Source: Dicyema japonicum (lineage: Eukaryota > Animalia > Dicyemida). Taken from it: 64,000 nucleotides of DNA. A model generated the notes under the pieces. It did no database searches. It saw nothing but the letters and a program-made list of their open reading frames with translations, and had not been told where the DNA came from. Location: NCBI GenBank assembly GCA_011109175.1, contig RDEW01000033.1, forward strand, positions 310,001-374,000, given 5' to 3'. Shown here piece by piece: positions 1 to 13,605 of this stretch (position 1 is its first letter; every line of letters starts with the position of its first letter). A program made the position numbers and the translations under genes.

Positions 1-719
1 TTAATCTCTATGACATACTAATGTGGGAGGTAATGGCTAACATGTTCATCTAAACACGTGGTTTATGGAAGACTTTTTAATTTGAATAAAATGACCACAA
101 TTATAATTAGCACGTGTTATGACGATAAAATTTTTTAGACTCGTATAAATCTATTTCACAACATTAAGGTAATGATTATTTGTTAGTTATTCTTATTTAA
201 TACTTGTAGGCAGTCGAATCAGAGTTACCCCCTAAAATCGCCTTTGAAAGTATTTGATAGAACCTCCCGATACGTTCTTCCCTTGAACGATCGTCTCTTA
301 AACTATCTCCCTATTTTGAAAAATACCTTATTTCTTTTTTTTCTGGAAGAATTGGTCGGAGTCTCTTGTCAACATAAGAATCCCTGTTATCTCCCAAATT
401 GTTTCCCTAAGGTTTCAGGCCTTCTCCAATCTTGTCTAATCACCCCATTCCAGTGACACTATCGTCTTGATGTATAGTGACAACATTATAGTCGCTTGTC
501 GTATTCCGTATTCAGCATCTGGCATCAAGAGATATAAATGCAATTGCCACTCTTACAATTCGCAGAATCAAAATGATTTACTTGACTTACCCCTATTCTC
601 AGATTAACTCCGAAAACTACCAACAAATTACAACTTTTAAGAATTCTCTCAATATCCTCGATGCAAAGAATCACTCTACAACTCAATGAGAAATAAACTG
701 TCTTAATAGCGGCAGAAAA

Positions 720-1385
720 CTACCTTTCTGGATCAAGATTATGGTGGGGAAATGAGAACAGCGGATGACCTCGATGAACTACGGAAGCAAGCGAGAAGGA
801 AAAGCAGAGAATTGTTAGAACGGATAGTAAAGACACAATGCGGGAAAACAGTCGATGCGAAGGAATTGCACCCACTGTCCTGCAGAAGAAGCGCCGAAAG
901 GGGACCACGTCATGCTGCTCTGACCGATGTGATCGTCAGAGCTCTGAAGGCTACAGGCTTTCCAGCACAGCTTGAACCAGTGGGTCTTGACCGAGGAGAT
1001 GGAAAAAGACCTGACGGGATGACCCTTTTCCCTTCACGTCTGGAAGATCTTTGGTCTGGGACGCAACTTGTGTAGACACGTTCTCAAGCACGAATATTTT
1101 CAAATCGGTTCAGACACCTGGAGCAGCTGCTTCGACTGCGGAGAACCTATTTCTTGCCTCGGGTATCGCTAACAATTTACTTCTGTTGCGACCGAATCAT
1201 CGGGAGCTGTTGGTCCAATGACGGCTGAGTTCTTGCGAGAACTCGGAGGATTGCTTGCCAGAAAGAAAAGGGATCAACGAGAAGGGTTATGGCTAAGACA
1301 AAAGATTGGAATGGCCATACTCCGAGGGAACTCGTTCGCAATTCACGCAGCAGGCTTTCAACTGACATCTGTTTAATTGTTAAAA
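720..1385 (+). mobile_element. CRE-like non-LTR retrotransposon 3' fragment (zinc finger plus restriction-like endonuclease)
   Basis: Translation shows [37 protein letters not shown], and in shifted frames [15 protein letters not shown] and QKIGMAILRGN. Near-identical 3' ends occur at 7660-7800, 33480-33790 and 47990-48440. Confidence 0.85.
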
Positions 1386-2172
1386 AATTATTTTGTTAAA
1401 AAAACACAACATTTGAACTCACAAATACTTAACCAATATAAACAAAGCTATAGCATATCAGCAACGCATGAGATAACATGGTGACTTGTTAGTTCCAAAT
1501 AATACTGATTAGATTAATATACGAATTTCCCGCTAATTTGTGAATGTGGATTGATATCCCATTCTCAATCAAAATTTTATCTAATCGAAAATATAAAAAT
1601 TATTGAAATAATGTGGTAAATCAAAAATTGACAAAATTATCGCTTGATTAGATTAAATAACGTCAAAATCAATTTCCGCATAAAATCATGAAATTCTTAG
1701 GAAGAATTTATTAAACGTTACACTATTCAAAGACTTAACTTTTATTCCCTAACAAATATGTTATTTGAGAGTTTTTCGAATCATTCTATTTTATTTGACA
1801 ATTGTGTTCCATGTGATCTGTTCATTTATTATTATTTAAATTTTCCACAATCGTTTATTATACAGTTATCCTGATATGTAGAAAGTGATTCTTCTAAGAG
1901 GAGAAATGTTATGAGAACATTTTGGTTAAATAGCTGCAGTAATCTCTTTTTACTGAGATATTTAATCGACTGAGATAACTGAAAATTGGGAATTTTGAAT
2001 TAATCTAAAATAAAGAGGTCAGTTGGAATATTAAAGATACGGGAGTTAGCTAATTTTGAAGAATTTTCATTCAAAATACTCAATAGTGGTTTGTCTGATT
2101 AATGCAATGAGAATGTTAATTGTGTAATATAGCGTGAACAAAGTTTAAATTTGTTAATACCGCATTTTTGCA

Positions 2173-3840
2173 ATGCTAGTTGCCATTTTTGCTATTCCTG
2201 TTATTTGTGAGTCTATAAAATTCAATTTATTCATTTATAATCAAATTGTAAGCTTTCAGACAGTCTATCCGGGATCTCCGTATTCCCAAAATCCCTCATA
2301 ACGGAATCGAATCAAGTTGATGTAATCTGCCAAGGAAATGCGTCCGATAATCGTGTAAAATGGAGAAGAAATGAGAAAGATGTTCAGTCAAAGTAATAGC
2401 TTAACCAATATTTAGTGACCACTACAAGATGAAAGAACTTTCTCCGACAGATGTCATTCTATCTATAGCAGTAAATAATGATACTGTTGGGGACTACAAG
2501 TGTGTCTCAGAAAAGAGTTATGAATACGATACCTTCTCACTCAACACTCAAAGTAAATAATTATTTTAACTTATATTTAAGATTCTATAATCAACTATAG
2601 TGGCTGTGAGTCGATTAAAGCAAATGTATATAATGAAGTGTTCATTCAATGCTACGTGCCCTCCAATAAAAATGATCTTTCAATATATTGGAACAGAGGT
2701 TACCAACAGTTGGAAGGTAGAGTAGTGCTAATCTCAGATAGTGAGAGAGTGAAGATAGAACCGTTTGGAGTACGTATTTTAAATTCAACATTGGAAGACG
2801 CGGGCGAATATTCTATGATGGTTTTGGAAGAAGATTTGTACTTAGGCTCAGTCTCTATGAGATTGACTATCATCAGTTTGCTTTTTCAAACATTTTAAGT
2901 GAATCCGATTTTTGACTTTACGTCTCGAATACTGAAAGTTGGAACAGAACAAAATATAACGTGCAAAGTAAAGTCAAATCTGGAAGTAAAAATACAGATA
3001 ATTGATCAGAAAACTAAAAAAATACCAGTAAATTTAAACCAAAAAATATAGAATCAAACAATCGTCACAAATACTTATAGACTTTACAATGTAACACAAT
3101 CAACCATTCATCTCGAGGATATTAAGAAAAACACTAATTATAGTTACACGTGTTCGGCCATTGGGGACAAAAACTTCTTCCAAGCAGAGGCCAACTTTAC
3201 TTCATTGGGTACGGAAAAATGGTTAGTATTTAGATCTTCCCAAAAGGGTGGTCCTGGCATCCTATGGGACTAAGGTACGGTGGACTGTCCCGGATGAATA
3301 TCGGATAATTCAATACATTGTGCGGATTGCTTCAAAAGTGCCCTTTCTAGCTGATAACTTTACATTGAACGCCAAAACTCAGGAATTCGACATACGAAAC
3401 GTGGTAAATAGCACGGGGACCTTTAACCTTACATTATGGGCTGTAAATGAACTCGGAATTTCCCCACCGTCGACGATTTCCATAAAATTTTTTGGTTATT
3501 AGACGTGGGTAATGACTTAGCTAAACAAAGCAAAAGTAATAAGAAAAACAATAAAACGTTCGCCATTTTGGGAATCTTTTTGGTTGTCATCATTGTAGGT
3601 GTGAGCTTTGTTGTATATATTCTCTACCGGAAAAATAAATACTCAAATAGAATCAGCAACAGGTTGATTAATCTGCATATATTTTAGTATATAATAGTAC
3701 TCTTTATTAGTTACGGTATTTTCTAACAATAAATTTCCTTTTTAATGAATTTTACTTTATTTTGGTATTTCTCATTTCACGGCTGCTGCTGTCCAATCAC
3801 ACTAAACAATGTTTTGGATTTCCTCTACGTGTTGTGAAAA
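2173..3840 (+). CDS. Ig-domain plus fibronectin type III single-pass membrane protein (NCAM-like adhesion/receptor); 3' end approximate
   Basis: Hydrophobic N-terminus; Ig cores VICQG..VKW..DYKC and IQC..IYW..DAGEYS; FN3-like VRWTVP..YIVR..LWAVNELGISPPS; TM segment FAILGIFLVVIIVGVSFVVYILY followed by RKNK. Exons are joined by GT-AG introns, mostly 23-29 nt. Confidence 0.7.
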
Positions 3841-4117
3841 GAGTAACGGTATATTTCAATGGGGAAAGAAGAGAAAGATGATTGGAAAAGAAGTTTCATT
3901 TCGACTGTGGAAACTGGGTATACCCCTATTATATGTTAAATAATTCTTAACCTTTTCCAGGTAGATCTGGGGTTATTAAATAAATTGCTAGTTTTGGTCG
4001 TAAAAGTATTTTGAAACATTTATTACAACAAATTGTTAACAGTAAACGTTACAAGGGGAATGACCAAAACATTTGAGATGGTTGACACTCCTTGAAACTG
4101 TCCCCAACCGACTGTGC

Positions 4118-4540
4118 TCACAACATGCTAAAATAAATCTTCGTTCTACAGTTTGATTCTTCATTACTGTTCGAGTCGTGGAATATTTCCACAGAAATAC
4201 AAGACATTGAGACCTTACTTATGTGGGAACATGATTTTGTCTCATTTTCAGACAAACTCGCGGACTGGCTGATGTCTTGCATAATGGAAAGAGCCTTGTT
4301 CAGATCGTCGTGAAGTTCTATGCTGTTGTCGTCAATGTCGTAGCAGGAACCTTTCTTGATTCGAGAATTTACTGAATCGAGAGCGTTTTTTATTATCCGG
4401 GAGGACTCCAACATTTTCGTTTTGTAGACTATTATAAGCCAATAACAACCATTTATCTCATTATTGTGGTAATTTATCAATTTCTGAGCCAATTCGTCCA
4501 TCAAGATTCTATTTTTTTCATATAAATCTAAATTATACAC
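4118..4540 (-). CDS. hypothetical protein (open 140-codon segment, start not resolved)
   Basis: Long open frame in AT-rich DNA, preceded by a candidate 22-nt GT-AG intron. No family recognised. Confidence 0.35.
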   Translation of the reverse strand: MYNLDLYEKNRILMDELAQKLINYHNNEINGCYWLIIVYKTKMLESSRIIKNALDSVNSRIKKGSCYDIDDNSIELHDDLNKALSIMQDISQSASLSENETKSCSHISKVSMSCISVEIFHDSNSNEESNCRTKIYFSML

Positions 4541-4707
4541 TTCTGTTACCGATCAACAAATAATCAGACAAAATTTCCCGCCATCATTCAATTAATCAGC
4601 TTCACCATCATAAAATAAAAATTAAAATATCTCCCAATAATATAACTAAATTTCCAACTACTAAAATTAAGATTTAATTATTTAAAAAATAAATTTCTCC
4701 CATAATG

Positions 4708-6683
4708 TCATTGACAGGCCTGCCTAGCAATGGTGGTAGTCCTAAGAGCCACATTGTACTGATAAGAAGTGATCTAAACTCAAAGGAATGGACAACCATA
4801 ATGTACTGCACATCCCCGATTGCCTTCAGAACAAAGTCACACTGAGGATTTAGCTTATTTTCTATATATTAGTAAGTAGGGGACCTGAAAGAGCCTCAAC
4901 ACCGAAATAGGAGAAGGGACCGACCTCGAACTTCATTTCGTCAAAGCCGACAGTGACTTCGAGTTTTCCTGAGACAATCAACACGAAGTAGTCGATAATC
5001 TGGTTTTTCTGGTAAATAAAGTAATCTGATGCGCAGCCAGAGGAGGACGAGAGACATTTTCTCACCATCCTCTCCAATATTACATCTGATATGAACTGTT
5101 CCCCAAAGGGTTTAATGGCTAAAGTAAGAATTACTACAACATCTTAAGAAGAGCATCACGGCATTTGTCATCGGGGTCAGAATAGGAATCGCGGTGGAAT
5201 TAGTTCCCAGTTGAGTCATGTCCTCTCGAGGAATAACCCTCTTTATCCTGCTTCGGTTATCAACTGAGATAAATCCCACAAATACTGATAGTATCGGTCT
5301 CGTCAATGATCTCTGCCTGAATGATCTCTTCAATAATGTCTTCGAGGGTCAATATCCCCACCACCGCCGAGGGACTGGTCTTATCTGATCGTCGAATGAT
5401 CACCATGTGAGACTTTGCTGAAATTACCATTATTCTGTACCGGTAATGAAGACTTTGAGCATGTAATCGAGAGGAGTGTTCTCAGGGACCGTCAGCAACT
5501 GGTGAGCGTAGAAATCACAGATGGTTCGGAGAGGGAGACGGTCTTCGGGGTCAGCGACCATGAGATTTTTCACGTTGAGGATTGAAACTATGTCGTCGGT
5601 GGTCCCTTTGAAGATAGGAATTCGAGTGAAGCCCATTGAAGATATCTTTTGGAGAGTCTCAAAGTCGAGGATCGAGTCGTAGCTAAGCATGAAGACGTTG
5701 TCGATATAAGTCATGGCATCTCCCACGGTTTTTTTACCAATTTGGAGGGCCCCGTTGATTATGTCCATCTCGTTGTTTCGGTAGTCGACATTCCGTCTGG
5801 TCTCGATGGAGATCAGGGCCATGAGTTGTTCGTTGTTGTACCCTCGACCAATATTCTCTCCAATAGCCCACGTGAGCACGGTTGATACGGGAAATGATAG
5901 TGGAAAAGTCACAATCATGAAAAATTTTGTCAGCCAGATGGTTTTGGCTCCAATCATAAGGGCATTCCGTGAACAAATGGCCTGGGGGATGATTTCACCG
6001 ATCACCACAATGAACATTGCAGAGATTATGCCCGCCACAAACCCCGATCCCATGATTTCGTTGAGGAGAATGGTCATTGTGGTCATCACAAACACGTTTC
6101 CGAACAGAATTGTTGATAACAAATAATTTCCATGTTTTCTGACAGGTTTGATTTTCTTGGCGTAGGCTTTCTCAGTCTTGGAGCCAGACTGCTCGAAGAT
6201 CTCAAGTTCTATCAAATTCAGGGACATTAACCCCAAATTGAGACCACTGAAAACCGCAGAAAGCATTAGACAGATGATAATCAGCAAAATGTTAATCCAT
6301 AATGGGATAGCCAAGCGAGGATTAGATACCACGGTGACAAAAATCTGAGGTCCCTGGTGCTGCCAAACGATGTCCTCAGTAGCACAGACGTAGTATCGAC
6401 CTTCACGGGGGAACTTGACGGACAAATCGATGTAAAATTCAAACAATTTAGAAGAATTCGTAAACACAAGGGAGTTGCCTCCACAAACTCGTGAATTTTC
6501 TGTAAAGGAAATATCTTTAAAGCCGCTTCCGATTGCCCTCATTTTTAAAGGAAGAGAAGAATATGCGTGGGTTCGATTGTTTTTTAGGAAAATTGAGTCG
6601 TCCACTGTGGGAGAGAACCCCAATACTTGTGGAAAAGACGAAGAGACGGTCACAGTGAGAATGCTAATAAATATTGTCAGCAT
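4708..6683 (-). CDS. CNNM: CNNM-family metal (Mg2+) transporter: DUF21/CNNM domain, CBS pair, cNMP-binding-like domain
   Basis: [95 protein letters not shown]. Five GT-AG introns of 22-23 nt restore one frame from ATG at 6683 to TGA at 4708. Confidence 0.93.
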
Positions 6684-7029
6684 CGACAAATACTTTGCAT
6701 ATTTTGTATTAATGCGATATTAAAAACATTATTTATTTTTGAGATTTGAATTTATAAAGTTAATTTTAATTTACCAAAATTTTTGTAATTCTTGTTATTA
6801 AAATTGCTGTTTTTTACTTTTAGTAATTTAACCGGAAAATTTAAAATTCGCATCAAAGTTTCGTAAGACTTTCAAGGTAAATTGAAAGATTAGACGGACA
6901 TTCCTCAAAAACTATAACTGGACTAAATCGATTTGTTTAATCAATAGTTTATAAAATCCTATTATTAAATCATTCATAAATTTTGTCGATTTGTTAATAT
7001 TAATTTTATCCAATTTTTAGTCTACACAT

Positions 7030-7085
7030 CTTGAGGGATTCAACCCCGGCACGACAGATTGCAAGTATCGCAACCTTTACCTGAG
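7030..7085 (-). repeat. degenerate tRNA-like head (probable SINE remnant)
   Basis: GGTAAAGG A-box-like, CTTGCAA loop and GGGTTGAATCCC B-box-like; stems are poor. Confidence 0.3.
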
Positions 7086-7659
7086 GATTATTTCTGGAGA
7101 TTCAGCACCAAAGCCATAAGTTAGATCTGCCATGGTGTCTATGGGTATAAATGTTCGACTCCACCGAGAAAATTACTTACTAAACATATCCGATCATTCA
7201 TTCAAATCTAACACTTTAGTTTGTTAACCACTAGAACGGAAAACAAGGCCAGACCGAAAATAGAGTCATCGGTCTCAATTCTTAGTCTATGACTCTTGAA
7301 ACACTTCTACTGAACAACAACAGAGATTCATGAAGACGGATAACCTATCAAACAACTCTTCTTACAACATTTATTTATTACTTCCTGATATTGGGTGAGT
7401 TCCAGAGTTTTTTTGATGGATGATTAGGCATATTGCACTTTTCGGAAACTACAGGCCGACCATAAGAAAGTGGTTTTGGGTGGGAAGAATATAATTTTTA
7501 AATTTAGTCGAAGATATACAATTTCCCAAGCAGGGATGACATAGTTATTGTTGTTGGAATGAACTGTGTAAATAAGTGTTATACTCCTTAAGAAGAAAAG
7601 AAAAAAAGCCACGGTCTAAAGCAAGTTGAGTCTTCTTTGATTTTTTTGTGGGAAACATA

Positions 7660-7800
7660 TTTTTCAAAGAAAAGGGATCAACAGAAGGGTTATGGCTGAG
7701 ACAAAAGATTGGAATGGCCATACTCCGAGGGAACTCGTTCGCGATCCACGCAGCCGGCTTCATCAACTAACATTTGTTTCTTTGTTAAATAATTGTCTTT
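7660..7800 (+). mobile_element. CRE-like element 3' end
   Basis: Near identical to 1245-1385, encoding ...QKIGMAILRGNSFAIHAAGF. Confidence 0.8.
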
Positions 7801-8514
7801 AAAAAAATAAATAAATAATAAAAGAAATGTGTCAAAGTTCAAAGCCACTATTTTTGAGTTTTTGACGAAAATGATTGTTGTTTAGTGACAGACGAGATTA
7901 TTTGTTGAATTTGGGGTGGTCAGTACTGAAAAGGATTATAGAGGATTTTTCAGGCGAAGGGCTAAGGAGATTTCGGTTCAACCGGAGGAAGCAATTTTAA
8001 AATATTCTTAGAGGACTACAGAAGCGGTGGATACGTCACAGTGGCGTGTGGCAATTACAATATCATTAGAATAAGAAGGAGTAGTGCAGTGGCATTTGTC
8101 GGTAAGTTAACACCAGAGAGGACCGAGCCTTGAGAAACGCAATTTGGCCGTTATTAATAACGAGAGTAGGTTGAAATGATGTGATGCTATGGAAATCGAA
8201 CCCACAGCTAATTACAACTCAAGCAACAGCACTAACTACTGTGCTGAAATGAAAATCTCAAAAATCACGGTAACACCAAATTAACTATTCACGCGATTCC
8301 GACACTCTCCAGCAGAGACTTCATCTTGGCCGTTGCTCCTTTCTCAAACCCGCACAAGTACGTATAGGGCGTAACAAAGATTACTCATAGTTGAACAAAC
8401 ATGCAACTCGGTTCTTACTGTTTAGGAATTACAGAGACATTGGAGAGGAACCATTCCTAAATTCAGTCACTCTCACTTTTTGCTACCACTGATGATTAAA
8501 TTAAAAAATTAAAT

Positions 8515-9110
8515 TATAACCCCGGCTTCGCCAGCAAGTGGGAAGCCGGCGACCATCAGAGAGCGTGCAGTCCGGACAGACCGCTCCCAGAGATCCTCGA
8601 CTTTTGCATCCGGTGGTCCAGGGCAGGGAAAAAGGTCCCGAACTACTCTGCAGCCAGAAAGGGTGGTGTCCACATCGTAGGCGAGCCAGTCCGATTCTGA
8701 TCTTCCTCGGAGCGATTGTTCCGTTGGACTGATATCAGGGGGGAAGCGCTCCAAGACTTTGTTATATTGAAGTGTCCTAATGGCCCGTGTCGAAATGAAA
8801 TCATGGATTCGGCGGGTCCAAGTTGAGTCTTCTTGAGGGGGGGGGGGGGGGTCTTCGACAAGGCTCTTTGTAGGTCAAAGAGGGTCCTGCGTATGTATCT
8901 GCGGTTTTGTTACTTAGCAGAGCGTGAACTGGTGATTCGGGTCGAACGACTGCCGTAGGAATTGTAAATTACGCATTTCCAGGTGGTCATAGAGTGGGAG
9001 GATTTTCGACTCCCAATGTAAATGGTCGGTGGGGTTGACTTTAAGCAGCCAGTTATTATTCTCAGCGCCGAGTTTTGCACTTTCTGCAGTTCTTGATTGA
9101 TGGAATCAGT
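8515..9110 (-). mobile_element. 5'-truncated copy of the Vingi-like LINE at 58935-62085
   Basis: Nearly base-for-base match to 58935-59520, with the same CCGGGGTTATAAT 3' end. Confidence 0.9.
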
Positions 9111-9648
9111 TTGGTCCCTTTTATTAGACGATATTAAATATATGTAAACTAAAAACATGAATTATAATTTAAATTTATAAACTAATTAATTAGTTGATGT
9201 GGTACGAAATACTGCCGAGTCTTGCGCTAGTTTGTGCCTTCATGAACGCCCCTCCACCTGGTCTCTATGGTTCAGAACTTCTTCCTTTTTAAAGGACATG
9301 TTTGCCATTATATTTATTTTGTAGAAATATACAAGGAATTATGAAAATGCGTTCAGGACCTTCAATGTTTCGTGAGAGATCGTCGTCTCACAGGGAATGA
9401 GTACGTCTGCAATGTATTTGCCCTAATTTATACTAGAATATCGATGCACTTAACTAACACCCATTACTAATTCTAATAAATTTGTTTTAACAATTTCAAC
9501 CTCGTTTATATAGACCGTCGGGGAGATAATCTGTGTATTGAAATATAAAATACCAATAATATTGCAAAATTACATTAAGATTTGAACTACAAAATATAAC
9601 TGTTAGAAAATATATATTTGTATTATTATGTGCACTTATTTGCACTAG

Positions 9649-9935
9649 CCGGGTGGCAAAGGCATAGTGGTTAGGTGTCGGGTTCGATTCTCGCTGCTGT
9701 TCACCTGGTGGAAGGTTCCACGCATCTACGATGCTAAAAGGGCTTGACGAGTGACGCCGTCATCACTGGATTGTCTAGAAAGGACCCACACACAAGAAAA
9801 AGAAAAAGAAGTGAAGATCATTCCTTGGTTCTACGATTAGTTAAAATAAACTGTTCTTTACTTAAATAAAGTGTGTGTCCTGCCTATGCGGAGCTATATT
9901 ATGGCTCTCGTGAAAAGGCTGTTATTATTATTATC
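9649..9935 (+). mobile_element. tRNA-derived SINE, about 290 nt, (TTA)n tail
   Basis: GGCATAGTGGTTAG A-box-like and GGTTCGATTC B-box-like head. A second copy lies in reverse at 58588-58912 and both end in GGCTGTTATTATTAT. Confidence 0.8.
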
Positions 9936-9989
9936 GCTGTCATAGGACTTACAAAGCATGTGCAACACGAGTTAGCAAATCACTAGTTA

Positions 9990-12810
9990 ATTTCATCCAC
10001 TTCCTCCTATTAAAGCCGCAATGCGTAACCAGTCAAGATTCTCTCCACTTCCAAGATGCCGTCCCATTTATTTGAGGTCCTCGTCGAGTGTCGTCTTTGG
10101 GAGACCACGGAAATGTGGGGCTTCCAACATGAAGTAATCCTCAATGGCTACGTTCGCGGGGGCATCCAGGTCCAGTCGCAGAATATGGCCGAAAAGCTTC
10201 CATCGTGTATCCAGAATTTCATTTGAGATTTCAGAGGTCCTCGTCCTGTTATAGAGAAAATTAGATGACATCCTAGTATCACTTCTTTCAAACATGAAAC
10301 GCACTAAGCCTCTTCAGTTCATTTCTTGAGCAGGCCCAAGTATCAGAGTTATACAGTAGTATGGGATTCACTAGCGAGTTGTATAATCGAGTTTTTGTTA
10401 TAATGTCAAGGCCCTTTTCGTGGAGCCAGGTGTTCTTTAATCAGGAGAGGGCAGTTTGTGCTAAAGTTTTCCTTCTTGTAATTTCTTCATGATTTCCTAG
10501 GAGGGAGCCAAGCTTTTTGCACTTGAGCCAGTACTCCTCCGTCCTTGTTTCTTCCCTCTTGAGTTCAGTTAGCTCAGTCTTGTCCGGATTTACTGTTAGG
10601 AACTATTCAGCTAGTCTTCCAGGTACTTCTTCCAACAGGCGGGTGAGCGTCGTCAGCATAAGTAATAATGTTTGTCTTTTCACCCAGTATCGATCTTGAT
10701 TCCCGTAGAGAACTTCAAGGTATATGACAAAAAGAATAGGTGACAATGGGTCTCCCTGTGGAGTGCCAACAGTCGTCTCAAATTGGCGAGACAAGACTCC
10801 CCCTACTCTTACAGTGAGCCAAGTATCAGCTAGGAGGGTGGTGGCCATTCTGACAGTGAAAGCGTCTAGGAAACTCCCCAGAACAAGTATTAGCCTCCGT
10901 CTGTCGACAGAGTCGAAGGCCCTCGAAATGTCAATTCCGAGAATGGTTGTAGACTTTTTGAACTTTTGAACGGCCGCAGATCTCCACTTGTGGGACCACA
11001 AAACATCGGAAGTAGATCTTCTTTTTCGGAATCCGCTATGTTATAGTAACAGAAAAGTATCTAGGCGTCCTTCCAACCTTTGTAATGTTATGCTCGCCAG
11101 AATTTTCCTAAGTTGATTCATTAATATGACTGGATGGAGGTTCTCCACCTTAGCTCTTATTTTATTGCTTCTGTACAGGTATCAAGATACTTTCTCCCAG
11201 GGTCAGCGTGTGACCATAATAGTACATTTCATTCAGGATCCTAGTGATGCATTCATACAGCTTTCGGGTTCCATATTTGAAAAATTCACCACCGAGTCCG
11301 TCAGGGTCAGGAGTCCTGTTGTTTTTCAACTTGGAACTCGCAAGTTCAACTTCATATGGTGTGATTTCTTGGTCCAATTTTCCTCGTTCTAGGATGATAG
11401 TGTCGTTCCTTGGATTAAAAAGTTTTCCAAAGTGGGCAGCGATAAATTCCACTTCCCTTAGTCCACAATCTGCGTTCCTTTGTCATCTCTTATTGTTATC
11501 GGATGATGGGGTCTCTTTCCTTTTATCTGTTTAACAGCCTCGTAGAATTTAGCGTTGTCCTTGAGAGATTCTATCTTCTTAATCTGGTCCAGTGCTTTAT
11601 TTCTGTTATGCTGGCGTATAGTTTTTCTTATTTTTGCTTTGATAGTTTTTCTTTCTATCCGCAATTTTGATTTTACATTCGAATCGTCAGTATTTTGATA
11701 TAGCATCCATATGGTCTTCTGCTTATTGGCACAGTCCTTCACCATGTACGTGTCATTGTGCGATGGGATTTTCTCGTGTTCTTTCAATAGATGCAGCTGG
11801 CTCCTTTGTGTTTTGACTGCTTTACAAAATCCCAGGATCTTCACGCGGCAAATCTGTAGGCATGTTTTCTAGTTCTGGATCCATATATTCTTTGAATGCT
11901 AGGGCCCTTCTGATTGACTGATTAAGGATTCCAAGTTATAACGTCTATAGTTGGCTTCTGTGGTTCAATGTGCTTACATTTGGTTCTTTGTAGTACATAA
12001 ATCTTTTTAGAGAAAGTCTATCAATAACCATTTTGTGGTCGCTGTCGATAATCGATCCACCATAAGCTCGTGCATCAAGTATAATCCCTCGATCCTTCTG
12101 TCTGCAACTGATGTAGTCAATTTGGTTGTACATGTTGATTACTCGCCATTAAGGCTGTGTTGCATGAAGGCTGTGTTGCATAAAAATAAGTTGTTCGTTT
12201 GACAGAAGTTAGCTAATAGGGTTCCCGGGAGATTTCTTTTCCCCCTACCGTGCCTTCCCATGATTGTCTCATCGGTTGTAACTTTGGTGCCAGCTTCGCA
12301 TTTAGGTCTCCTGTGATCATTACTAATGTTGAGAGAGCATACTTGGAAAAGACGGCAGAAAAACTGGTGTAAAAGTCATCAATATCCTCAGGGTTTTTAT
12401 TAAGCCATCCACTGTGAGGGGCGTAAACGTTTATTATAGATATTTCTTTAACGAGTTTTGGTCATCCAGTTTCAATTGCAACACCCCGATTCTATCATTC
12501 ACACTGTGTATCGGCAGACTCTCTTGGATAGATCATTCCTAACGGCAAATCTTAGTCCATAGTGCTTGTTTCCACCTGCAAGGAAGATTAGTCGAAAGTT
12601 CCCATGTTGTTCTTCGATCCCGTTGATTAGTTTAGTCTCCTGAAGGCAGGTGATTGAAATCATGTATTTTGAAAGATCCCCGACCAGTTCCTTCCGTTTC
12701 CAAACGCTAGAGAGTCCCCTGACGTTAACGTTAAAAGGGAGAAGTCCAATGGCTTGATACTGTGTTTTCCAGACATTGAGTTCAAGAGCCACGTCACCAG
12801 CTCAACCAAA
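9990..12810 (-). mobile_element. degenerate near-full-length RTE-like LINE (APE endonuclease plus RT)
   Basis: Fragmented frames: ITCLQETK, NQIDYI..DSDHKMV, KNNRTPDPDG, GIDISRAFDSVDR, GTPQGDPLSPILF, RWKLFGHILRL..FRGLPKTTL. Confidence 0.9.
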
Positions 12811-13605
12811 AAACATTTAAGCTTCAATACAATCAGATAATTTAACGAAAAATTTAGCAGATTTGATTTCTGCTTACCGTCCAATTATTTTGGAAATAAG
12901 AAAATGCAAAGATTACCATTATGTATACAGTAAAATATATAGATTCAATCAAATTTGAACAAAATCCATGCGATATCAAATTATATCTTGAAAAAAGGAC
13001 AAGTAAATGCCATTAAAAGATATTAAAAATGCGAAATTAAAGACTTTTGTCAGAATTTCGTGAAAACTTATAATAATAATATATAAATATTTTGGTAGAA
13101 ATATTTTTTCCGTGTAAATAAAATGCTCTAAAAGGATATAAACTTTGATGATGAAAATGTTAAAAATTAATTTCAATAAATTTGACTAAAACTTAGTTAA
13201 AAAAATTAACTACAAGAATTTAATAAAATCATATTTGTGGTTGTCATAACTAAATTAATGAGTCCAAATTTCGCTCTCAGTTAGACTACCAAGAATTGAT
13301 CATTCAAGTTATTTCAATTTTGAGTCGGTCGAAATTGAACAAGGACATTTAAGTTTCCGTCATTTCCTTAGTTAGTCACTGGATCATGAGGAGCAATAAA
13401 TAAAATTAATCTGTGACTGAGTAAACGTAGTTAGTTTATTTGAGTGATCCCTTGAACATTTTGTAGAATTAGCGCCCTATAGTCTACTTTGAATTACAAG
13501 AAATAGTTGTAATTATTTACAGACAGAAGGAAGAACATTCACAAACATTCAACAAAACAAAATTGACTTTAAAATTAGAAAATTGATGATTACAAAAGAA
13601 TAAAA

